This document shows, in pieces, positions 53,098 through 64,000 of a stretch of DNA of 64,000 bases. The stretch spans positions 28,272,001 through 28,336,000 of the forward strand of contig NC_135250.1 of NCBI RefSeq assembly GCF_964204865.1, read 5' to 3'. Source of the stretch: Styela clava. Taxonomy: Eukaryota. The notes under the pieces are model-generated. The model saw nothing but the letters and a program-made list of their open reading frames with translations, had not been told where the DNA came from and made no database searches. The translations under genes and the position numbers were made by a program. Positions within the stretch are counted from its first letter, which is position 1. The number at the start of each line of letters is the position of its first letter.

Positions 53098-56000
53098 ATG
53101 GGTACAACCTTCACCATTTTTGTACTGTTTCTATTTCATTGGACATATTTGGGTGAGTTACAAAATTATAATTTGAACCGCTAATGAAATTAGCATATTT
53201 GCATGAAAATTATCTTTCAAGTTTTAAAATGTAGGCAAGATCCAATTGAATGCCAATTTTGAGTTGATCAAAATTCCGGATATTAATATAAATCCAATGT
53301 CTGTTAGTTATGTTATTATTGGTTCCTCTTGTTATCGTGGCAATTTGAATGGCGAACAGCTAAAAGGAAGGTGTTTATAAACAAAATAGCCATGTTCATA
53401 TTAGAAGCTGTTTATCGAAAACTTTGTGCGGAGTTGAGGCGTGGAAAACATCATGTAACCGAATACAAATAATCGTTTTTAGGATTGAGTAATTTAATTA
53501 AAACATATATTTTATTTTATAACATTTTAGGTATTAATTTTTGTTGGCACCATCGTCTTAAGGTTAATGTGCTGCAGATTTTATATTAAATATATTTTTT
53601 GTTTAAATGAAATTAAATCGTATGTGGCGAAAGAATGCACTTAAAGATATAATATTGAATTTCTAGTTGCTACTACAATCAATACGTAATAAAATTGTTT
53701 ACGTTATATAGTGTACTTATAAAACTACTTTTCGTTGACAAATTATTACTGTATTCACAGCCGCAAACCAGTTGGATGAGTCATGTGACGGGCAAAGTGC
53801 AGAGTTCGAAATTGTGGTGAATACTTATATTTAATTTATTTAACATCAAAATTGGAGCAATAAACTAAAACAAACTAAGTTCAAATATAGAAGAGTGAAA
53901 TAAAATTCGTTACACACAGAAAACTATAAAAAATGAATTAAAACCTCTAGAGTCTAGACAAATAAAATTGCTTGGTTATTACAATATATAAGAATTTAGA
54001 GCTGGTCTCTCCGAACATAACTTCCTTCAGGCGATTTGGCTAATGTTCTATGTTTTAGGTACTTCAAAGATTCATCAACATTAAATATTAAAAACCTTTT
54101 ATTTTCAGTTTAAAAGCGAACATGGTGAGATATTCTATTATAACTAATGTTTTCTGCTCAAAGATATATAAAACATTAAAAAAACTGTGATAATCATCTC
54201 GGTATGGTACTTTTCTGATTTTATTTTTTATTTCAGTCCACCCATAAACAACCACAACATAATTTATTTTAAAACTAACATTTATACAATTGGAGAATTT
54301 AAAATTGAGACAATGAAAGATATGTATAAAGTGTTTGATAAGTGTAAGGAACACACTTGTTGTAGCACCGCTGGTTAACATATGTAGCGGGATTTAATGG
54401 TGTTTGTGTGTTTGATAATTGTTAAAATATGTCTTCCTTATATCTACGTACATATTATAATACAGTGAATGATAAACATAACTATCCAGGCCTGAGCATT
54501 TAAATCTTAGTAACTATTCCCTTACAAAATCAGGAGTTGTAATCTGTGGATATTATGCGATAATGAATTTAATTTGTTGTCTGTCATTTTAGCTTAACCT
54601 CTGCTAAAATAAATTTGAAGAATTTCCAATTGTATTTCTTATTATCGCACGTTTTCTTTAGAAATTTAAAATTTGAACATATAAATTAGAATATTTGTGT
54701 TTTCAGATTTGAGAAGGCAACTGGAAAAAAATCCACGTCACTTTTGGCGAAGCATCCGGACTTGTTAAAAAGTGAAGTCAACATACAAGCAACATTAAAA
54801 AAAAAACATGCGACAAAGAAATCTGTCAAAACATTTCCAAAATTTTCAACAAACACTATATTCGAAGCGACAACCAAGCGCCCCCGTCAATCCACTACAA
54901 ATACTCACCTTACTAAACCTCCAACTAAAACCTACAACAAAACAACCACTCATCCATTCAAAGCGACTTACAACAAATCAACCTCCGCTCCATTCAAAGT
55001 GACCTACAACAAAACAACCTCTGCTCCATTAGAAGCGAACTACAATAAAACAACCACTGCTTCATTCAAAGCGACTTACAACAAAACAACCTCTGCTCCA
55101 TTCAAAGCGACCTACAACAAAACAACCTCTGCTCCATTCAAAGCGACTTACAACAAATCAACCTCCGCTCCATTCAAAGCGACTTACAACAAAACAACCT
55201 CTGCTCCATTAGAAGCGAACTACAATAAAACAACCACTGCTTCATTCAAAGCGACTTACAACAAAACAACCTCTGCCCCATTCAAAGCGACCTACAACAA
55301 AACAACCTCTGCTCCATTCAAAGCGACTTACAACAAATCAACCTCCGCTCCATTCAAAGCGACTTACAACAAAACAACCTCTGCTCCATTAGAAGCGAAC
55401 TACAATAAAACAACCACTGCTTCATTCAAAGCGACTTACAACAAAACAACCTCTGCTCCATTCAAAGCGACCTACAACAAAACAACCTTGCTCCATTCAA
55501 AGCGACTTACAACAAATCAACCTCCGCTCCATTCAAAGCGACTTACAACAAAACAACCTCTGCTCCATTAGAAGCGAACTACAATAAAACAACCTCTGCT
55601 CCATTCAAAGCGACTTACAACAAAACAACCTCTGCTCCATTAGAAGCGATCAACAATAAATCAACCTCCGCTCCATTCAAAGCGACTTACAACAAAACAA
55701 CCTCTGCTCCATTAGAAGCAAACTATAATAAATCAACCTCCGCTCCATTCAAAGCGACTTACAACAAAACAACCTCTGCTCCATTCAAAGCGACCTACAA
55801 CAAAACAACCTCTGCTCCATTCAAAGCGACTTACAACAAATCAACCTCCGCTCCATTCAAAGCGACTTACAACAAAACAACCTCTGCTCCATTAGAAGCG
55901 ACTTATAACAAAACAACCTCTGTTCCATTCAAAGCGTCCTACAACAAAACAACCTCTGCTCCATTCAAAGCGTCCTACAACAAAACAACCTCTGCTCCAT

Positions 56001-59000
56001 TAGAAGCGAACTACAATAAAACAACCACTGCTTCATTCAAAGCGACTTACAACAAAACAACCTCTGCTCCATTCAAAGCGACCTACAACAAAACAACCTC
56101 TGCTCCATTAGAAGCGAACTACAATAAAACAACCACTGCTTCATTCAAAGCGACTTACAACAAAACAACCTCTGCTCCATTCAAAGCGACCTACAACAAA
56201 ACAACCTCTGCTCCATTAGAAGCGAACTACAATAAAACAACCACTGCTTCATTCAAAGCGACCTACAACAAAACAACCTCTGCTCCATTCAAAGCGACCT
56301 ACAACAAAACAACCTCTGCTCCATTAGAAGCGAACTACAATAAAACAACCACTGCTTCATTCAAAGCGACTTACAACAAAACAACCACTGCTTCATTCAA
56401 AGCGACTTACAACAAAACAACCTCTGCTCCATTCAAAGCGACCTACAACAAAACAACCTCGGCTCCATTAGAAGCGAACTACAATAAAACAACCACTGCT
56501 TCATTCAAAGCGACTTACAACAAAACAACTCTGCTCCATTCAAAGCGACCTACAACAAAACAACCTCTGCTCCATTAGAAGCGAACTACAATAAAACAAC
56601 CACTGCTTCATTCAAAGCGACTTACAACGAAACAACCTCTGCTCCATTCAAAGCGACCTACAACAAAACAACCTCTGCTCCATTAGAAGCGAACTACAAT
56701 AAAACAACCACTGCTTCATTCAAAGCGACTTACAACAAAACAACCTCTGCTCCATTCAAAGCGACCTACAACAAAACAACCTCTGCTCCATTAGAAGCGA
56801 ACTACAATAAAACAACCACTCATCCATTCAAAGCGACGTACAATAAATCAACCTCTGCTCCATTCAAAGCGACTTACAACAAAACAACCTCTGCTCCATT
56901 AGAAGCGATCTACAATAAATCAACCTCCGCTCCATTCAAAGCGACTTACAACAAAACAACCTCTGCTCCATTCAAAGCGACCTACAACAAATCAACCTCC
57001 GCTCCATTCAAAGCGACTTACAACAAAACAACCTCTGCTCCATTCAAAGCGACCTACAACAAAACAACCTCTGCTCCATTAGAAGCGACTTATAACAAAA
57101 CAACCTCTGTTCCATTCAAAGCGACCTACAACAAAACAACCTCTGCTCCATTCAAAGCGACTTACAACAAAACAACCTCTGCTCCATTAGAAGCGAACTA
57201 CAATAAAACAACCACTGCTTCATTCAAAGCGACTTACAACAAAACAACCTCTGCTCCATTCAAAGCGACCTACAACAAAACAACCTCTGCTCCATTAGAA
57301 GCGAACTACAATAAAACAACCACTGCTTCATTCAAAGCGACTTACAACAAAACAACCTCTGCTCCATTCAAAGCGACCTACAACAAAACAACCTCTGCTC
57401 CATTAGAAGCGAACTACAATAAAACAACCACTGCTTCATTCAAAGCGACCTACAACAAAACAACCTCTGCTCCATTAGAAGCGAACTACAATAAAACAAC
57501 CACTGCTTCATTCAAAGCGACTTACAACAAAACAACCTCTGCTCCATTCAAAGCGACCTACAACAAAACAACCTCTGCTCCATTAGAAGCGAACTACAAT
57601 AAAACAACCACTGCTTCATTCAAAGCGACTTACAACAAAACAACCACTGCTTCATTCAAAGCGACTTACAACAAAACAACCTCTGCTCCATTCAAAGCGA
57701 CCTACAACAAAACAACCTCGGCTCCATTAGAAGCGAACTACAATAAAACAACCACTGCTTCATTCAAAGCGACTTACAACAAAACAACTCTGCTCCATTC
57801 AAAGCGACCTACAACAAAACAACCTCTTCTCCATTAGAAGCGAACTACAATAAAACAACCACTGCTTCATTCAAAGCGACTTACAACGAAACAACCTCTG
57901 CTCCATTCAAAGCGACCTACAACAAAACAACCTCTGCTCCATTAGAAGCGAACTACAATAAAACAACCACTGCTTCATTCAAAGCGACTTACAACAAAAC
58001 AACCTCTGCTCCATTCAAAGCGACCTACAACAAAACAACCTCTGCTCCATTAGAAGCGAACTACAATAAAACAACCACTGCTTCATTCAAAGCGACTTAC
58101 AACAAAACAACCTCTGCTCCCTTTAAAGCGACCTACAACAAAACAACCTCTGCTCCATTCAAAGCGACTTACAACAAAACAACCTCAGCTCCATTAGAAG
58201 CGAACTACAATAAAACAACCACTGCTTCATTCAAAGCGACTTACAACAAAACAACCTCTGCTCCCTTTAAAGCGACCTACAACAAAACAACCTCTGCTCC
58301 ATTAGAAGCGAACTACAATAAAACAACCACTGCTTCATTCAAAGCGACTTACAACAAAACAACCTCTGCTCCCTTTAAAGCGACCTACAACAAAACAACC
58401 TCTGCTCCATTAGAAGCGAACTACAATAAAACAACCACTGCTTCATTCAAAGCGACTTACAACAAAACAACCTCTGCTCCCTTTAAAGCGACTTACAACA
58501 AAACAACCTCTGCTCCATTAGAAGCGAACTACAATAAAACAACCACTGCTTCATTCAAAGCGACTTACAACAAAACAACCTCTGCTCCATTCAAAGCGAC
58601 CTACAACAAAACAACCTCTGCTCCATTAGAAGCGAACTACAATAAAACAACCACTGCTTCATTCAAAGCGACTTACAACAAAACAACCTCTGCTCCCTTT
58701 AAAGCGACCTACAACAAAACAACCTCTGCTCCATTCAAAGCGACTTACAACAAAACAACCTCTGCTCCATTAGAAGCGAACTACAATAAAACAACCACTG
58801 CTTCATTCAAAGCGACTTACAACAAAACAACCTCTGCTCCCTTTAAAGCGACCTACAACAAAACAACCTCTGCTCCATTCAAAGCGACTTACAACAAAAC
58901 AACCTCTGCTCCATTAGAAGCGAACTACAATAAAACAACCACTGCTTCATTCAAAGCGACTTACAACAAAACAACCTCTGCTCCATTCAAAGCGACCTAC

Positions 59001-60813
59001 AACAAAACAACCTCTGCTCCATTAGAAGCGAACTACAATAAAACAACCACTGCTTCATTCAAAGCGACTTACAACAAAACAACCTCTGCTCCCTTTAAAG
59101 CGACCTACAACAAAACAACCACTGCTCCATTCAAAGCGGCATACAACAAAACAACCTATGCTCTATTCAAAGCGACCTTAAACAAATCAACCTCCGCTCC
59201 ATTCAAAGCGAACTACAACAAAACAACCCCCGCCCCATTCAAAGCGAACTATAACAAATCAACCTCCGCTCCATTCAAAGCGACTTACAACAAATCAACC
59301 ACCGCTCCATTCAAAGCGACCTACAACCAAACAACCATTGCCACATTCAAAGCGACCTACAACCAAACAACCTCTGCTCCATTCAAAGCGACCTACAACA
59401 AAACAATCTCTGCTCCATTCAAATCGACCTACAACAAAACAACCTCTGCTCCATTCAAAGCGACAACCAAGCTACCCCGTCAATCCACTGCAAATACTCA
59501 CTCTACTAAACCTTCAACTAAAGCCTACAACGAAACAACCTCTGGCGTTATGACTTTCCCTATAACAACTGGATATATTATTGACACGACCACTGCATCC
59601 ATGGGAACATCGACTATGGAAACATAACCAGATTCAACCGAAACCACAGTTAACCTTACAACTTTATCAGGTTAGCAATGTCATTCATTGTGCTTGTTTT
59701 AAATCTCACCTTTGCAGGCTGAAGTTGTATGTAATATGTACCACGCCTTTGCTCTATATGAGATTCGTTTTTACAGATAATAATCAGATTTAAAACAAAA
59801 ACTTGGTCTTCTTCGTTTGGCAGACCGTACCTAAATGTATTTCATCATATTTTATTTAAGATGAATGTGAAGTCATATACAACAACACATGCTACAGTGC
59901 GATCGTTAAACTCGGAGACTTTCAAAAGGCCGTGGAGTTATGTCAAGTTGAAAATTGGACTATGGCAAACATCTACAGTGCTGATCACTACGACATGATT
60001 GTCAGTTACATACGACAAACAATTTTGTCTCCTCAGAAAATGGACTATATTTATTTGTGGACAGGAATGAAATATGAGGCAAGAGAATATTCTACTACGT
60101 GATTTATTTAAGTTTTTTAAAATTGGATGAGAAAATCCATTTTGGGTATTTGTATTGATCAAATATTGAATCGAAAATGTTATCAATGCAATGGAAAATT
60201 ATATTCTATTTAAAAATTGTTAAAATGCATGGAACTAACAATTTAGCTAATTGAACTAATTCAAACTATGTTTCATTACGAGTATTCGTATCATGTGTCA
60301 TATACACGCAATTGGATATATTGCAAAAAAAATTTGACTAATTGCCATAAATAAAAATTGACGCAAATAATATAGCAGTTAGCGCATTATGCCCATATTA
60401 GTATTATTTAAAATTATGTAATTGAAGCGTAATCGACTCCACCCAGATAGTAATTATTTTTCCAATCTATTTTATTTGTCATATAAATGGTATTTCCAAA
60501 ATATTCCAAAACAGTCAATTTCTCGTATAAATTATTGTTTCTCTTGATTTTATTGGATATATGTGAAAAATCACATGATGAGTTTCAAAATCTCCCCTTT
60601 TCATTGTTTTTACAGGACAATCAGGTGTTTCTTGATTCTCGCGAGACAATTTCGATACCTGCTGTACTATGGTACCCTGGTTTTCCCCGAGACACTGATT
60701 TAAGGTTACACATAGTTATCCGCGTTGAATCAGATTCATCCTCGACTACACAAGGACTTATGAACTATGAAGCTTCTCAATCGTGGTACGGGTCTCTGTG
60801 TGCAATGTCTTGA
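53098..60813 (+). pseudogene. L5: recent duplicate of L4 with a hugely expanded, disrupted stalk exon (pseudogene, null allele, or gene rescued by exon skipping)
   Basis: Exons 53098-53152, 53761-53816, 54109-54124, 54707-59670, 59861-60078 (GC donor), 60616-60813. Exons 1-3, 5 and 6 are open and the same length as in L4. Exon 4 has a -1 shift in an A7 run (54725-54731), single-base deletions at about 55488, 56530 and 57789, and an in-frame TAA at 59625-59627. Confidence 0.75.
54933..59465 (+). repeat. Coding-type minisatellite, 126 x 36 bp, unit FKATYNKTTSAP (variants LEANYNKTTTAS etc.)
   Basis: First TACAACAAA at 54933, last at 59430: 4497 nt plus 3 deleted bases = 125 x 36. Lies inside exon 4 of L5; higher-order periods of 3, 4, 5 and about 33-35 units are visible. 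Confidence 0.97.
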
Positions 60814-63016
60814 AAGGATTATTCTACATTCCACAGACTGCAAAAAGCTCTTGTGCAACTCACAACATTCTATTTCGATATACTGTTTAAACATATATAA
60901 TTATAGACTGCTGCATACTAACACTAAGGTATTTCTGTTAAGTTGTCTGACTTTCTCAAACAAGTAGATTTAAAAAATGATAAGAAGCGAACAATCTTGT
61001 ACTTTAAATATGGATTTAAAATAAAATTTCTGAAATTAAAATCTCAAAGTGATAGTATACATATATAATAGTGTTAATATCAACCACATGATTGAGATAA
61101 ATCTGTATCTTTAGCGGTATTGACCTATTTAGTTTGAATATCTTGTGGTATCCTGTACTCTTAGTTTAGTATACGCTGTGGTTGGAACCACCTAAAAACT
61201 GTTGTACATATGCTGATGAACATCCTTCGTATTAAGACTTTCAATATAAGGATTCCAAATACGAATTCAAAGTATTTTTTGCAATTACCATAATTTTTTA
61301 ATAATTTTAAACTTTTCATCTTTTGTTTAGAATTGCACTTTCTACACTATGGTTTACATAACTTTTCGATCGTTTCCTTTATGTGTTCTATATTTGTAAA
61401 CCAAATATAAACTTAAATCAAGTCTCGTTTCAATTTTAGAATTAAACATTGGTGTAAAAGTTGTGGGTATTTTTAAAAAGTCGTGGAGTACCTAATTCAG
61501 TTTGATCTTTAAGACTTTTTAAGTCATTTTTCGACAACGTTTTTTTAAATTTTACGTGCAAGGTGCTGCAATTGTCTGTGTTAAGATGAATTTATTAAAA
61601 GATACAGATTTTGCGCGAGTCTACCTGCGTACCGTCTCAACATGCTTTTATAGGTATGAGATGTGATAAAGTAGAGTTTGGTAAGATTATGTTTGAGTTT
61701 TCTATTTGTAAGCTAATGAGGTTTTGGTAATTTGGACATTTCTCTGATCATACTTGTACAAACTGTGTTCTGTGCAAAATTGAAATTTGGTTATGAAAAT
61801 TATTAGGTTATCAATTTCACGAGAAACGTAACTATATCCATGTTCCTGCTTAGTCAAATAGTTCCTTCATATTGTATAAATTTTCAAAAGATGTAATAAA
61901 CGGAGAGAAAAATAAAGTGCAGTATTAAAAATTGAATATTCAAAAGAACTCGGTTTTTCATTCGTTGGCTAATTTCTGATTTATTTGAAATGGTGAAAAT
62001 AGCCTCCTGGTGATGACTGCTCATCGAATCATCAATCTAACGGGTAAAATTGACGCATTCACATATTCAGAATAAATGCTTTTAGTGTCAAATGTCAACC
62101 TGTTATCTTCGGAAACATTAAATTTTGTGCACCACATGAGGAAATTACTATTCATGCATTGATTGCATACACATTTTCTTGATCACGTTAGGCCATGCAT
62201 TTACTATTAAAAGTTAACAATATTTATCGTAATATTATCCCTGGCTTTAATGTGGAACAAATAAAACCACACACATAGGCATTTAGTTCAAAGAACTCTC
62301 TGACGCATTCTGTCGCTTAATAATTCTAATAGGTATGAAAAAAGGGTTCTTTGGTACATACTTTGTCAATACAGCATTGCGAAATCACGCTGCAAACGAC
62401 AAACATAGACCGATTTTCACAAATGTTTTTAGACAAATTGACCGTACTTTAAAGATTGTAGGGTTAACAAACAGACTTAATCTTTAAGCAAACATTCAAA
62501 AACACCTTTGTTCAGATAGGTATATCAACACCATGAATTCTGACTGTGCCTTGAGATTATACTGTTTTGACTTAGAAATCAAATGGCCACCATAGTTATG
62601 AACACTCCAACTATTTACTGCTAAATTTTAGAACAGATTATCTGTAATAATGAAAAAGTATTGCCTTCTTTTTTTTAATTGAAAGGTAGTGGTATTTTTA
62701 CTGTTATCATTTTTACTCTTTGCTTCTTTTGTTATTAACTGCCCTTTTTACACTTTTGTTTACATAGATTTTCCATTATTTCCTTGTAAAACAAATTAAA
62801 TCAACTTAATAAACTTAATAATCCTAAATCAAGAATGCCTCAATTGTGAAGTTAATCATTGATAAATTGTTGTGATTACCCTTTTAATAAGTCGTGGGGT
62901 AACTAATTCAGTTTTTTCGTCAAGGAAAGATAAATTTTTGACATTGTTTTTTTCAAGTTTTACCTGTAGGGTGCCAGCACATATTGGTTCATGTTTGGAT
63001 GAATTCAATACACATT

Positions 63017-63633
63017 TTACACATGTTGTTGCATCGCGCTTGATTGCTTTTCAACATCAGGCGGCACACTGGATGAAGCCAATATTAGATAATGTTCTAA
63101 GTACGCATCCCTCATCCGAGTTCCCAGATTGTTCTTAGTAAAATTCATTTTCGAATATAATTGTTCGGTACTTCCAAACATCGATGTGACATTTCGCATC
63201 AATGGTAAAATTTGGATAGAGATTTCCTTCAAGAAGATACAAAAATCAGGCAATGATATATTTCTAGAATAAAATATAGATTATATTTCCTCCTTGCATT
63301 GCATCTCAAGAAACTCTATTCCAATCTTTTTTGGGCCATCAAAACCTATGCACTCATCATTAACTTTTTTGCGTGTTGCTATTTCTGTAGTTATAATTAA
63401 TTTTTAGGCTCGTTAAACGAGTAGCTAGCTGTTCACTAAATTGTTAGATTATAATATAATTTAATCTACACATCCACAATCTTACGATTACTTCTGTTAC
63501 GTAAAGAATATAATCAATTTCTCGAGCGTGGAATATTAAATTAATTCATCGTCAAAACCGTCGTTTTGTCGCTGTAAATCAGTGAAGCGTTGCGGATTAC
63601 GTTATCCCGCGGGCCGTAGGTTGCCGACCTCTG
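63017..63633 (-). mobile_element. Decayed hAT (Charlie/GTF2IRD2-like) element with a transposase C-terminal remnant
   Basis: Minus-strand ORF 63017-63253 contains MFGSTEQLYSKMNFTKNNLGTRMRDAYLEHYLILASSSVPPDVEK, the hAT dimerisation motif; terminus AGGTTGCCGACCTCTG ends at 63633 and is followed by CTCTAGAG; 63385-63633 aligns with about 385-579. Confidence 0.82.
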
Positions 63634-64000
63634 CTCTAGAGGTATAGGTTGCGATAATGTAGCATTTGGTAAATTGATGTTTGAGTTTAATATGTGTAGG
63701 CTCATTGGGTTTAGGGAATCCGAACCTTTTTCAATCATACTTCAATAATACAAAAATATGTTCGGTACTGCATTCAAATTTAGTTATGGAAATCTTTAGT
63801 TTATTAATTTCATGAGAAATGAAATAACGGGGAAAAAAATTAAGTGCACTATCAGAAATTGAATATTTAAAATAATCTAGTTTTTTATTAATTGACTACA
63901 TTCTGATTCATTTGTGATGGAGAAAATAGCCTTGTAATAATTCGTTTTGATATTACGTTTTGATATCGTATGGAAACATGACCCGATTCAAATATTCTGG

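Noticed and set aside
54933-59465. CRISPR-like appearance of 36-bp repeats
   Set aside because: Units are head-to-tail with no unique spacers, lie in a eukaryotic exon, and there are no cas genes.
54808-59793. Alternative-frame ORFs (HSKRLTTKQPLL repeats) as an overlapping gene or programmed frameshift
   Set aside because: Shifted frames hit TAG or TAA in each LEANY-type unit; they are by-products of a repeat with few stops.

Overview
AT-rich, intron-containing animal genomic DNA. The gene families and repeat types suggest an invertebrate chordate such as an ascidian, but that is inference. The ORF track mostly shows exon fragments or antisense shadows, so I rebuilt gene models by hand from splice sites and reading frames. 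0.8-24.4 kb: two head-to-head meprin-like astacin metalloprotease paralogs. Copy A is on the minus strand, with 12 exons visible before it runs off the window; copy B is on the plus strand, complete, 16 exons, 756 aa (signal-pro-astacin-MAM-MATH-stalk-TM-tail). 26.1-60.8 kb: five tandem plus-strand paralogs (L1-L5) of a six-exon secreted protein family, built as signal peptide, single-Cys N-terminal module with a 16-nt microexon, Ser/Thr mucin-like stalk, and a degenerate C-type-lectin-like domain lacking the Ca2+/sugar motifs. In L5 the stalk exon has expanded to about 5 kb through 126 copies of a 36-bp unit (FKATYNKTTSAP, one N-glycosylation sequon per unit) and carries four frameshifts and a stop, while its other exons are intact. 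Introns and intergenic DNA hold many hAT-type MITEs and transposase remnants, a hairpin MITE with 9-bp TSDs, an apparent transposon excision footprint, and duplicated upstream blocks with no gene attached.
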